Notes: generated by a model from the letters alone, not told the origin. Shown: positions 10,360 to 20,380, counted from the stretch's first letter. The stretch: 64,000 nt of DNA from an uncultured virus (IMG/VR IMGVR_UViG_3300021400_005597) (IMGVR_UViG_3300021400_005597), one strand, 5' to 3'. Translations and numbers: made by a program.

Positions 10360-10680
10360 TTATAAATCAGTAAAATCCTTAAGTATCTTCTCATCTTCTT
10401 CTGTTAATTCTAGTTCAATACCATTTTGAATAACTTCGTTATAGCCTTGAGCTGCACTATAGGCTATTTTATCTGCCATTTCTTCTCCACAGATTTCTTT
10501 GATTGCTCTGCCTTTGAATTTACACATTAAGTCTTCATATAAAATCATATTAACAGTTTCTTGATATACTTCTTTCGCTTCATTCTTTGACATAGTAGGT
10601 ATTGCTTTTAAAGTGTCATTCACTTTAAGCATTGTCTCTTGTAACATATCATTAGGGGATAAGCGTAAATTTTCATTCAT
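10360..10680 (-). CDS. Small acidic helical protein (paralogue of 10683-10985)
   Basis: Aligns by eye with its neighbour. Confidence 0.6.
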   Translation of the reverse strand: MNENLRLSPNDMLQETMLKVNDTLKAIPTMSKNEAKEVYQETVNMILYEDLMCKFKGRAIKEICGEEMADKIAYSAAQGYNEVIQNGIELELTEEDEKILKDFTDL

Positions 10681-10682
10681 AG

Positions 10683-10985
10683 TTATTCACCTTTCATTGG
10701 AAATAATAAATTCAATACTTCTTTATCTTCTTCAGCAATCTCACAAGGTTCTTCTTCTAAAGAGAACTCTTTGTCGTAAATTTCATTTGCTCTATCGAAA
10801 ACTTTAATAGCTTGTTCTTTGCTTAAATGTGTCATAATAGCATCATCTATATTGTCTGAATAGATTTTAGCGTCTAATAACTCTGTTGCCATCTCTCTGT
10901 AGTTTTCTTCAATCTCTCTTTTTGACTTAAATAAGATAGACGACAAAACTTCTTGTGATTTTTCAATAATTTCTTGTCTTTCCAT
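10683..10985 (-). CDS. Small acidic helical protein
   Basis: RBS AGGAG; operon context. Confidence 0.6.
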   Translation of the reverse strand: MERQEIIEKSQEVLSSILFKSKREIEENYREMATELLDAKIYSDNIDDAIMTHLSKEQAIKVFDRANEIYDKEFSLEEEPCEIAEEDKEVLNLLFPMKGE

Positions 10986-11008
10986 AAAAAACTCCTTTTT
11001 TTATTTTA

Positions 11009-11488
11009 TTATAACATACTATCTATATACTCGTCATATGGATCAGGAATATAAGGCTCAATGTAAAAGTCAGCGTCCTCAATATTGATGCCCTGGTCTT
11101 CAAGCGTTATTGACTCGACCGTGCTTACATACTTAGACCACGGTGCTGTTTCATCTGATAAAATACTGTTAACCATTTCTTCGAGTTCTTTTTGGATATC
11201 TTCTTGCTCGGCACCGGAATTAAAGCCTAGACCTTCATAAACTGCTGTAATTTGATATTGGTCCTTGTCATCAGCTTCAACCTCTATATTTGCTCTTACA
11301 TCGATTATTAAAGTCTGATTGTCATTAAGAACATATGTATTATCGGCATCTGCATCTTTTGTTGCAAAGACTTCTGTTATTTTATCGCAAAGAGCGTTTA
11401 ATACAGGTTCATTTTCTGCCAAGTCCTTTATTGATTCTGTAAATTTAACTAATATTGAATAATCTTGAGTAGTTTTTGCTTCTGTCAT
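11009..11488 (-). CDS. Acidic hypothetical protein
   Basis: RBS AGGAG; motif 32 nt upstream. Confidence 0.65.
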   Translation of the reverse strand: MTEAKTTQDYSILVKFTESIKDLAENEPVLNALCDKITEVFATKDADADNTYVLNDNQTLIIDVRANIEVEADDKDQYQITAVYEGLGFNSGAEQEDIQKELEEMVNSILSDETAPWSKYVSTVESITLEDQGINIEDADFYIEPYIPDPYDEYIDSML

Positions 11489-11551
11489 AAGAAAGTTCTC
11501 CTTTTAATTTATTTAAGGATATATGTGAAGAAATGGATAAAAAATATAAAA

Positions 11552-11582
11552 AAGAACCGCAAGGATAATCTTACGGCTCTTT
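11552..11582 (-). terminator. Intrinsic terminator after virB4
   Basis: AAGAACCGCAAG...CTTACGGCTCTT stem with A-tract on + strand. Confidence 0.6.
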
Positions 11583-11601
11583 ATAAAGAAAGGAATAATG
11601 A

Positions 11602-14019
11602 CTATGAATTTTCTTTGGTAACTGCTGTTGTACTCATAAGTTCATATAACTTGGTATTTTTCGGGAACTTATCAATGAACGGTATTGTCTGATTACCTGT
11701 CCAAAGTAATCCCGAACCACGCTCTGTATTAGTGATATACTCTACATCGGCATCTGTCAAATGAAGAAGTTGCTGCAGAGCATCTCTATTCATTCTAGCC
11801 TGTGAGAGCATTCTTACAAAGGTAGAGTTATTGATGATACCGTGTGCATATGGTGAACGAAGGAGGTCTCCCACATCCTGAGTAATGCCCGTTGGTACAC
11901 CAAGGAACTTACGACATCTCTTCCAAATAGTCTCAATAAATTGTGCTGTTGAGTTATTTGCAAGGAGTAAGTGAAACTCGTCAATATAGAACCATGTCCA
12001 GATATTGTTACGCTTATTTTCCATCATATTGTTCCAGATATCATTAGTACAGATTTTAAGGGCTAACTCTCTCATTGTTGAGCCTACGCCGTTAATATCA
12101 TAAACGATAAATCTGTTGTCGATATCTACATTAGTACGATAAGCGAATGTATCAAATGCACCTGATGCATATGTTTCCATAATAAGTGCAAGTTCCTGAG
12201 CTTCCTGCTGTGGCTGATCAAGAAGTGCATCGAAAAGGTTCTGCATTGTTGGGCAAAGGTCTCTGTCGATTGTCTTCTTCTTGCCGTCTGGTCCAGGTGG
12301 TAAATCATTTAAGTGGTTGATATATTGCTGATAAATCTTTCTTACACATCTATCTACAATACTTCTCTGAATTGGATTAAGTTGTGCATTTCCGCCAATC
12401 ATTGTTTCCAAAAGACCACAGATAAAGTCTGTCTTCATTACAAGTGGATTGGATTCTTCATCACCTGATGTATCAATATCAAGGTCGAATGGGTTAATAT
12501 GTACGCCATTACCCGGGCTAATCTTGATAACTGTACCGCCAAGTGCTTCTGCAATTGGTGTATATTCTTTATCAGGATCGATAATGTATATACTTGACCT
12601 TGGGTTAGACATAAATACATTCATAATCTCTTCCTTTGCAGAGAAAGATTTACCTGTACCGGCTGAACCCAAGATAAGTCCATTAAAGTTCTGGCCCTTA
12701 AGCCTATTATAGATGATAAGTGTACGGTTAATCTGGTTAACGCCATAATAGAAACCACCCTTATCAAACTGATTGACTTCATCAAATGGAACCAATGTGC
12801 CAAGAGACTCTGTTGTTAACAACTGCTTTGAGAGTGTCTTATCAATACCAAGTGGCAGAGATGAAACAAAACCACGCTCCTGCTGCATTAAAAGTGGCTG
12901 GAATGAACACATTGCCTTTGCACCAGTATTCTTAATCATCTTGGTCTGTTTCTTTAAGTCATCAGCATTATCTGCGAAATGTGTGATTAAGATATTACAG
13001 AAGAATAATTTCTGGTCTCTGTTTCTTACATCGTCCATAAGTTCTTCAATTTCTTCATATGCAGATTTAAGGTCTCTTGAAACATGATCTGATTCAGAAA
13101 TTTCTGCTTCAACATTTCTTGACTTATTACGAAGGAAGTTAGTTGCTTCTGATTCGGGCATTGTAGTAATGTGAACTGTAATAAGTGTTTCAAATGGAAG
13201 TTCAGATAAATCTGATAAGAAATTGGAATTGATATAGTTGGCGAAATGCTCTAAGTAAAGAGTCTGTCCAAATCTTCCATCAATTTCAAAGTTCTGTCCC
13301 ATATATTTAAGATACTGTGGTGCTACAAGGTCTTTTGTTGTTAAGCCCTTTTGCATCATTTCCTTAAAGTTAATAGTTACATTACCTTCTCTATCGTGCT
13401 CAAAACAGAAATTCTTATCCTTATTTGAACGATAGATTGTATTAAGTAATTCAAGTCTGCCAGCAAGGTCTAACTCTGTTAAAGACTCTTTTGTACATTT
13501 CTTAAACGCAAGTTCGACATTATCTCCGGCAGCTTTAATATCTGTCATAGCTTCATCAACTGAGTCTGCTTCAACTCTTACTGTGATGAATTTTCTTGTT
13601 TCGATATTATTTTTTGCCTCTGATGCTTTTTCTTTAATAACTTCAGAGATTTCTTTTCTATAAATATCTAATTCATCACCTTTTTCTTCAGGTAAAATAG
13701 ACTCAATCTTGTTGTCATTTCCCTCTTTATAATTAAGAATGGTAAGGAAAACATCTTCTTTTGGACGGATTGTATTTAAGAACTTTTGATAAGTGTCATA
13801 AATAACCATCTGTTCTTCATTAGATTTTGTCTTAAAGGAAATATCCTTAAATTCATAAGTCTTTGAAAATACACCAGGAGTAATCTGAAATACACCATTT
13901 TCAAAACAGTTAATCCAAGGGAGTGAATCCTGTACTGTTTTTGGCATCTTACCCGGCTTATACTTCTTAACTTTCTTTTCTGCTTTTTCCATTAAAACAG
14001 ATTTGTTCGCTTTTGCCAT
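11602..14019 (-). CDS. virB4: VirB4-family conjugation ATPase
   Basis: Walker A GSAGTGKS, IIDPDKEY, YIDEFH, CRKFLG, TGITQ; follows prgI. Confidence 0.92.
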   Translation of the reverse strand: MAKANKSVLMEKAEKKVKKYKPGKMPKTVQDSLPWINCFENGVFQITPGVFSKTYEFKDISFKTKSNEEQMVIYDTYQKFLNTIRPKEDVFLTILNYKEGNDNKIESILPEEKGDELDIYRKEISEVIKEKASEAKNNIETRKFITVRVEADSVDEAMTDIKAAGDNVELAFKKCTKESLTELDLAGRLELLNTIYRSNKDKNFCFEHDREGNVTINFKEMMQKGLTTKDLVAPQYLKYMGQNFEIDGRFGQTLYLEHFANYINSNFLSDLSELPFETLITVHITTMPESEATNFLRNKSRNVEAEISESDHVSRDLKSAYEEIEELMDDVRNRDQKLFFCNILITHFADNADDLKKQTKMIKNTGAKAMCSFQPLLMQQERGFVSSLPLGIDKTLSKQLLTTESLGTLVPFDEVNQFDKGGFYYGVNQINRTLIIYNRLKGQNFNGLILGSAGTGKSFSAKEEIMNVFMSNPRSSIYIIDPDKEYTPIAEALGGTVIKISPGNGVHINPFDLDIDTSGDEESNPLVMKTDFICGLLETMIGGNAQLNPIQRSIVDRCVRKIYQQYINHLNDLPPGPDGKKKTIDRDLCPTMQNLFDALLDQPQQEAQELALIMETYASGAFDTFAYRTNVDIDNRFIVYDINGVGSTMRELALKICTNDIWNNMMENKRNNIWTWFYIDEFHLLLANNSTAQFIETIWKRCRKFLGVPTGITQDVGDLLRSPYAHGIINNSTFVRMLSQARMNRDALQQLLHLTDADVEYITNTERGSGLLWTGNQTIPFIDKFPKNTKLYELMSTTAVTKENS

Positions 14020-14085
14020 TTTATTTATTCCTTTCGTCTAAAATATTGTTGTTGCCAACACATATATATGTAAAATAAAAAAGTC

Positions 14086-14535
14086 TTATTTTATAGCCTT
14101 GTATGTGGCACTTTTTCTAACCTTAATCTTCTGTGGATTATTTTGTTTCTTCTTTTTATTAGGTTTAGCATTTGGATCATCGCTTGGTAAGAAAAACTTA
14201 GGTGTTTTTTCATATTCTTCCAAGGCTTGCCAATGAATTTCTTTTTTTCTGACAGCAGGGAGAATGAAATTATCATATATCATAAGCGGTCCAACCTTTT
14301 CAACGGGCTGTCCATAAATGGAACCCCACCCAATAAAGAAGAATGGAATTACGAATATTGCAGAGAAAATTGCTCTGTTATCAATTGCTGTAACATCTTT
14401 GAATACTACGAAAAATCCAAAGATAGCACCGGCTATACCTAAAGCACCACAAATAAGCTGTCTTAAGGTAAGCCCAAATACTACTTTAGGTTTATATTTT
14501 GTTATAACTGAATTTGGTGTAGGACATTGTATCAT
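14086..14535 (-). CDS. prgI: PrgI-family (VirB3-like) protein
   Basis: KYKPKVVFGLTLRQLIC, two TM helices, directly upstream of virB4. Confidence 0.85.
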   Translation of the reverse strand: MIQCPTPNSVITKYKPKVVFGLTLRQLICGALGIAGAIFGFFVVFKDVTAIDNRAIFSAIFVIPFFFIGWGSIYGQPVEKVGPLMIYDNFILPAVRKKEIHWQALEEYEKTPKFFLPSDDPNAKPNKKKKQNNPQKIKVRKSATYKAIK

Positions 14536-14550
14536 TTATTTATTTCCTCC

Positions 14551-15738
14551 TTAAACTCCAAATATATCATTTACTACGCTTTGGCTCTTGAACATTACAC
14601 CAACACCTGCTACGCCTAATGCAAGCATAATTATCATAGCTTCAAATGTTGGAATTCCAATCCAAGCCCACATACCTTGGTTAATTTGATTAGCCATACC
14701 TGTTCTGAGTAAAGAAACCATTAAAAGTGTTAATATCTGAGCCATGAATACTAAAACCATACATTGAGAGCAGCAAGCAAGGTATTTCTTTAAGTATCTT
14801 CCACCAGCACCACTCCAGCCATGTTCTGCTAAAAAGGCTAAACCGATAGGGAGAAATGCTCCTCTTACAAGGACTTCGAATACACGCATTAAAGAAACTA
14901 CGAAACTGCAAACTAATAAAATAATTGCAAAAAGTAAAAGTATAAGCTCTAATACACCGCCATTTGCCAAAGTAATGAGCCAAGAAAGTCCACCAGCATC
15001 TGCCATTGATTTTGCTTTTTGTATTGCAATTGCCTGAATATCAATAGAAGCTGAGCCACCAGTTACAATATGTAATGACTGAATAAAGGTTGCTAATGCT
15101 TCGCCAAGCCTGAAAATCAAATCAAATAACTGTGGTGAATATTCAACTGCTGCAACGCCTACAATAAGCTTTGCAAACATTTTTAAGAATGACTCTAAAG
15201 TCATTTGCTGTGAAATAGAATGTTCAAGTAATGATATAAAGAAAAATAATATTACTACTGCAAAACCGATAGTCTGCATTGGTGGAATAACTGAGTTTTT
15301 AACAATAGATCTTGCTTGTGTAAATACAGTTCCCATTGGGGCTGAAAAACCTTTCAAAAGAATTGTATCAGATGCAGCATCACCTAATTTTGCCATTAAA
15401 TAAAGAATTGTTCCTTCAATATTGGCAGTATATCCGGCAATAAGTTGGACTGTTTTACTGATAGGTTTACCTTCAGAATCGGTTACGCCATCAAAATAAT
15501 GTTCTGCTGTTGTCGGGCTATATCCATTTATTAAGTCTATTTGAGTTTGGTTATTACCGCCAAAACCCATTGAATGAGCGTTTAGAGTTACTCCCCCGCC
15601 ATGACCACCATTTTTACCAGCGGCGTGTACTGTTAATGGCATTGCCGTAAAAAGCAAAATTCCAAGCAAAAAAATTAAACCTGCTGATTTGAGAGGTTTT
15701 AACATTTTATTATTCATTTTGAATAAATTATTTGCCAT
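14551..15738 (-). CDS. VirB6/TrbL-like polytopic membrane protein
   Basis: Multiple TM segments, RYLKKYLACCSQ; between pilin and prgI. Confidence 0.7.
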   Translation of the reverse strand: MANNLFKMNNKMLKPLKSAGLIFLLGILLFTAMPLTVHAAGKNGGHGGGVTLNAHSMGFGGNNQTQIDLINGYSPTTAEHYFDGVTDSEGKPISKTVQLIAGYTANIEGTILYLMAKLGDAASDTILLKGFSAPMGTVFTQARSIVKNSVIPPMQTIGFAVVILFFFISLLEHSISQQMTLESFLKMFAKLIVGVAAVEYSPQLFDLIFRLGEALATFIQSLHIVTGGSASIDIQAIAIQKAKSMADAGGLSWLITLANGGVLELILLLFAIILLVCSFVVSLMRVFEVLVRGAFLPIGLAFLAEHGWSGAGGRYLKKYLACCSQCMVLVFMAQILTLLMVSLLRTGMANQINQGMWAWIGIPTFEAMIIMLALGVAGVGVMFKSQSVVNDIFGV

Positions 15739-15760
15739 AATGTGTCTCCTTAAAATTAAA

Positions 15761-15790
15761 AGGGGAGAAACCTTTTATGGAATCTCCCCT
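15761..15790 (-). terminator. Intrinsic terminator between pilin and virB6-like gene
   Basis: AGGGGAGA/TCTCCCCT stem followed by TTTAATTTT on minus strand. Confidence 0.65.
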
Positions 15791-15805
15791 CTCTTTTGTA
15801 ATTTA

Positions 15806-16147
15806 TTAGAATAAAATACCAGAGATCGGGCCCCAGAAAATAAGTCCGAATGCTACCATAACTGCTCCGATAACGATATCTCTTGCAGCTGATGCCTGTG
15901 ATTCAGGCTGGTCGTTTCTGATAGCCATAACGAGCTTAAATACGCCCAAAAGTACAAGTACACCACCAACGAGCGGGAAAATCTTGGTAGCAATAATATC
16001 TGTGATTGTTCTCATGATATTACTTGCCTGACCTGTTGCGAATGCGTCAGGTACATATGCCCCTGCTGCAACGGCTGCCATTGTACAATAGGCTTCTGCC
16101 TTTAACTTTGATAAATTGTTCTTAATAGTTACTAATGTTCCCTTCAT
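15806..16147 (-). CDS. VirB2/TrbC-like pilin
   Basis: 113 aa; leader ending DAFA; two hydrophobic helices joined by a short loop. Confidence 0.65.
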   Translation of the reverse strand: MKGTLVTIKNNLSKLKAEAYCTMAAVAAGAYVPDAFATGQASNIMRTITDIIATKIFPLVGGVLVLLGVFKLVMAIRNDQPESQASAARDIVIGAVMVAFGLIFWGPISGILF

Positions 16148-16394
16148 AATTTGTTCTCCTTTTCTATATTAAATAAGGGATAACGGATTTGAATATTCCG
16201 TTAAGTATATATAAAACTTTGGATAAGTTTTATTAACATTAACAAGTTTTTTATTGGCTAAAGAGCCTGAACAAAGGGAAGTGGCTCTTCGGCCAAAGGG
16301 ATAAGCTTTAACCCGTTAGGAAGAAATTTGTATTGGGCACTTTGTAGTGCACTATTATATGTAAAAAAATATTTTTTATTTTTGGTAGGGAAAA

Positions 16395-17687
16395 TTAACC
16401 CTGATATCTATAGATATGATGATAAAGAAACTGATGATTATCTCTGTCATATCCATAGCACTCTAATATCTCACGAACCTTATATCCTTCCATATAAACA
16501 ATGGTATCTATGGTCTTAAGCATTGTTCTTGCTTCTTCGTAAGAATAATCAGAACCGTATTTAACAAGGTCTGCTAATTTATCCAGGGTTTCGTAAGCGT
16601 TGGTTGAGTGAACAGTTAATGCACCATAGCCACCGGCGTTAAGAAGTGTCATTGCTGAACGCATCTCTCCACCTTTAACCTCACCGATGATAAACTCATT
16701 ACAGCCTTCAACGAGGGCCATCTTACCAAGGTCTTCAAGTGTTACTACAGGTTCGCCTTTAAATCCATGGGTTACATGCTTGAACATAAAACCTGACTGA
16801 TTGGTATAAAGTTCATCATTTTCCTGAATACAAAGTGTTTCTCGTGTCTTTGGAATATGTTCAATAAAGGCATTGAGAGCTGTTGATTTACCAGAGCCCG
16901 GAGGTCCTGCAAATACAACACACTTAGCATCTTTTGCTCTGTCGATTAAATATGTCTTAATATCTTTATTTAACATTCCTCTTTTTATCAGTTCATCAAA
17001 ATCCGGTTTCTTTTTAGATACCTTTCTTATATGAAGATATGGAATTTCAGGACAGGTAACCATTGGTGAAGAAACTGTAAAACGAAGAATAAAATTTTCA
17101 TCGTGTTTATCTGTAAATGTGATGATAGGGTTGCCACCGATATCAACTTTATTTCTAATAGCAAGGCCTTCTACAAATCTAATCATATCGGCATCATCTA
17201 AGAATACTGCGTTTGATTTATATGCTTTTCCTTTTACACGGACACGAATGTCATATGGTCCACAAATTTTGATATCAGATGTATCTTCGTGGTCAATAAG
17301 TGGCTGTAAGACATCATATTGGAATATGGCAAGGTTGATACGGTTCATCATAATATTGAAATCGTTGTCATTGCCCATTTCATTTGGGAACTGTCTACGA
17401 AGATATTTGCCACAATCACGATAAAACTCTTTTCGTGGTCTTTCTTCAGCCTGATACTGTTTGAACTGGTATTTTTCCTGCTGTGTGAAATAGTTCATAG
17501 TATCTTTGTAGATTTTGTCGAACTCAATCTGTGAAATATGGGTTCTTTTCTTAAGTAAACTCGTTGTATCAAATACCAGAGCTTCGTCATCTTCGGGAGT
17601 TCTATTTGATTCTGATACATAACCACCACGATTAAGGAGTGGTAATTCTTTCGTTGCAAGTGAACGGTCATTTAAAATCTCAGACAT
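16395..17687 (-). CDS. VirB11/CpaF-family secretion ATPase
   Basis: GPPGSGKST, IQENDEL, IGEVKGGE, TVHS. Confidence 0.88.
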   Translation of the reverse strand: MSEILNDRSLATKELPLLNRGGYVSESNRTPEDDEALVFDTTSLLKKRTHISQIEFDKIYKDTMNYFTQQEKYQFKQYQAEERPRKEFYRDCGKYLRRQFPNEMGNDNDFNIMMNRINLAIFQYDVLQPLIDHEDTSDIKICGPYDIRVRVKGKAYKSNAVFLDDADMIRFVEGLAIRNKVDIGGNPIITFTDKHDENFILRFTVSSPMVTCPEIPYLHIRKVSKKKPDFDELIKRGMLNKDIKTYLIDRAKDAKCVVFAGPPGSGKSTALNAFIEHIPKTRETLCIQENDELYTNQSGFMFKHVTHGFKGEPVVTLEDLGKMALVEGCNEFIIGEVKGGEMRSAMTLLNAGGYGALTVHSTNAYETLDKLADLVKYGSDYSYEEARTMLKTIDTIVYMEGYKVREILECYGYDRDNHQFLYHHIYRYQG

Positions 17688-17699
17688 AATTTCTCCTTT

Positions 17700-17891
17700 T
17701 TATTCAAGTTCTTCAATATCAATAGGCTCTACGGAAGCAGTATGGTTATTGGTTTTACTATCTGTAACGGGCATAAAATTGGATGCCAAAAATTCAGCTT
17801 CTTTAAGACGCTCTTTCTTCTTGACTTTATATTCCATATTTTTGATTGTTGCAGATAAATCTTGTTTCATATGATACCTATTAGAAATCAT
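17700..17891 (-). CDS. Small hypothetical protein heading the tra unit
   Basis: 63 aa ORF; ends IDIEELE; start uncertain. Confidence 0.45.
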   Translation of the reverse strand: MISNRYHMKQDLSATIKNMEYKVKKKERLKEAEFLASNFMPVTDSKTNNHTASVEPIDIEELE

Positions 17892-18061
17892 TAATTTTTT
17901 GTTATTTACAATTAAATATTTGTTAAGTGATATAAAAATTTGGAAGGCACTTAAAACTTCCGTAGAACCATAATCTTATATGTAAAAAATATTTTTTATT
18001 TTTATGGGGGATAAAACGAATAATAAAAGATGTTGAAGATGAATAATTATAATATGTATAT

Positions 18062-18182
18062 AGTCGTAATACGGCTTGTATTTTGGGATTTAATAGTTGT
18101 ATATCGGCTGTGTTTGATGATTGTTAAAGTGTGATGATTATTGCGATGAAAAGATTAGTATATTATTCCTTATTATACTTTT
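18062..18182. repeat. Copy 1 of duplicated regulatory/oriT-like block
   Basis: Two AGYYGTAWWWYGRCT boxes (18062, 18095) plus 29-mer ATTAGTATATTATTCCTTATTATACTTTT (18154-18182), matching 56327-56446. Confidence 0.8.
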
Positions 18183-18341
18183 ATAGTTTTCCTAAACTAT
18201 CAAATTTTCCGTTTGACTGTATCAAGGATATAGATGCTGTTATATTAAGTTCATCGAGTGTACACGAAAAAATTATATAAAAAATGAAATAAAATTTTGA
18301 AAAATTTATTTACATTTATCCACAAGAAAGGAGAAACGCTT

Positions 18342-18938
18342 ATGAACATAATGTTAACAACTGATAATGGCTACAATTTAATACCAGACAACACTTTTCT
18401 TTTAGAGAAAAGAAAAATTTTCCTTGAGGGAGAAATCACAAATGAAAAAGCATTAGAGTTAGCAAAAACGCTAATGATAATGAAAGCAAAAGATTTACCT
18501 ATTCAACTTTTTATCAACTCTCCGGGTGGTTCAATAGATGCCGGATTTATGATACTTGATATGCTTTTATCTTACCCGGGTGAGATTGAAACCTACTGCC
18601 TAGGCAGAGCATACTCGATGGCAGCAATCATTTTTATCCTATCAAAGAAAAGACATATCTTCCCATCTTCAAAGGTAATGTTACACGAGCCATTGGTATC
18701 TAACTTAGCCACATCAAGTACATCAGAGATTAAAGAAATGTCTGAGATGCTTGAGAGCTATAAGGGAAAACTAATCGATCTCTTGGCAAAGAGAACGGGC
18801 AAGAGCAAGAAGTTCTTCGAAAAAGAGCTTAAACAAGACAGGTACTATACTGCTGAAGAATGCCTTGAATTTAACTATGCTGACACATTAACAACACTTG
18901 CTGATATTAAGGAGGTAGACATATGGAACATGATGTAA
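18342..18938 (+). CDS. clpP: ClpP-family serine protease
   Basis: FINSPGGS, AYSMAA (Ser), MLHEP (His), QDRYY (Asp); ATG 18342 after AAAGGAG. Confidence 0.88.
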   Translation: MNIMLTTDNGYNLIPDNTFLLEKRKIFLEGEITNEKALELAKTLMIMKAKDLPIQLFINSPGGSIDAGFMILDMLLSYPGEIETYCLGRAYSMAAIIFILSKKRHIFPSSKVMLHEPLVSNLATSSTSEIKEMSEMLESYKGKLIDLLAKRTGKSKKFFEKELKQDRYYTAEECLEFNYADTLTTLADIKEVDIWNMM

Positions 18939-20179
18939 TGATACTCGGTAATGGAAAGACCACCACTTTCAATTCCTTTGAAACAAAACTGAACAATATG
19001 ACCTTGGTTTTAGGTTCATCAGGTTCAGGTAAAACAGAGAGGATTGTTAAGCCACAAATACTTAACACTTTTAATAATAACCTTATCATCTCAATGGCAA
19101 AGACCAATGATATGAGAACTTATCAGAAAATACTTGAGGATAGGGGTTATACAGTAGAGGTTATCGACTTTACTGATTTAAGGAAATGCACAATAGGGTT
19201 TGATCCATTTGTATTTATTGAGAATACAAGGGATATCAAAAACCTTGCAAAGTCAATTGTATCAACTACCGGTGAGTCATTTAAGCAAGATCCGTATTGG
19301 GATAATGTGGCTTGTCAGGCAATTACAGGACTTATTGCCTTAATGGACGAAAGATACTTACATGACCATGGTGTTATTCCATCTTTAACAGAGTTTATGA
19401 AGTATTATCGTGCTTTAAGTCCAAAGACTGACTCGATGAGTTCTATTGTAAATACCTCTTTAGACAGATTCTTTGATGACCTTTATATGCTTAATCACGA
19501 ATCATTTGCCTACCAGTCTTGGAAAGCTATCAGGGGTTTGGCATCTAAAACATCAAGTTGTGTATTTTCAAATCTTTACAGTATTATAGATGACCTATTT
19601 ACACCGGAAGTAGTTGCTGTATCTAAAATGGAAAAACAAGTTACCTGTGATTTCTTTGATGATGAAAAGACAGCATTATTTCTTATTACATCGCCAGTAG
19701 ATAAATCTGCTAATAAGTATATTGACCTTTTTTACACAGCCTTCTTTGCTAAGCTTTTTGAAGATCATAAATCAGTACCATTATCTACACCACTACACCT
19801 TATTTACGATGACTTTGCCTGTACTTCAAAGATTATTAACTTTGAACAGTATATCTCCATCTTTAGAAGCCTTAATGTTAGTATGACTATAATATTGCAG
19901 TCCATATCACAGCTTAATGAGTTATATGGTACATCGGCTAGTTCAACTATCATAGATAACTGCGACCGTACCATCTTTTTAGGAAGTTCAGATGTTACAA
20001 CCTGCCAGATTATCTCCAAAAGAGCTAATCAACCGTTGTACAACATCATCAATATGCCTATAAATTGGGAAATAGTCTTTGAGAGAGGACATAAACCTGA
20101 TTTAGTAGAGAAATACAACACTTATGAAGATAAATACTATAAATTATATTTTAATAATGTGGTTGAAATGGAGAAATAA
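18923..20179 (+). CDS. Soluble VirD4/TraG-like ATPase
   Basis: GSSGSGKT, DPYWDN, LIYDDF, ILQSISQLNELYG, IIDNCD; no N-terminal TM segment. Confidence 0.8.
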   Translation: MEHDVMILGNGKTTTFNSFETKLNNMTLVLGSSGSGKTERIVKPQILNTFNNNLIISMAKTNDMRTYQKILEDRGYTVEVIDFTDLRKCTIGFDPFVFIENTRDIKNLAKSIVSTTGESFKQDPYWDNVACQAITGLIALMDERYLHDHGVIPSLTEFMKYYRALSPKTDSMSSIVNTSLDRFFDDLYMLNHESFAYQSWKAIRGLASKTSSCVFSNLYSIIDDLFTPEVVAVSKMEKQVTCDFFDDEKTALFLITSPVDKSANKYIDLFYTAFFAKLFEDHKSVPLSTPLHLIYDDFACTSKIINFEQYISIFRSLNVSMTIILQSISQLNELYGTSASSTIIDNCDRTIFLGSSDVTTCQIISKRANQPLYNIINMPINWEIVFERGHKPDLVEKYNTYEDKYYKLYFNNVVEMEK

Positions 20180-20180
20180 G

Positions 20181-20336
20181 GGGGTCAATTTGTCGAACTA
20201 TTATAATTTTATATTTTTCACAAATTTCACCTATTTGCAAAACCGCTCTGAAACAACCATTTATATGGCTTTTAAGGAACCCAAAGGGGTCAGTTTGTCG
20301 AACTTTTTCACCTAAAGGGGTACAATTTGTCGAACT
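20181..20336 (+). repeat. Three direct repeats GGGGT(A)CARTTTGTCGAACT
   Basis: Copies at 20181, 20286, 20317. Confidence 0.8.
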
Positions 20337-20352
20337 TTTATAAGTAAATATA

Positions 20353-20380
20353 AATAAGGGGCTTAATTTAGCCCCTTATT
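20353..20380. terminator. Hairpin between convergent genes
   Basis: AATAAGGGGC-TTAATTTA-GCCCCTTATT. Confidence 0.6.

Noticed and set aside
18342..18938. ClpP as a phage prohead protease (prophage)
   Set aside because: No portal, terminase, capsid or tail genes in the window
20181..20336. CRISPR array
   Set aside because: Only three ~19 bp repeats with irregular spacing; no cas genes
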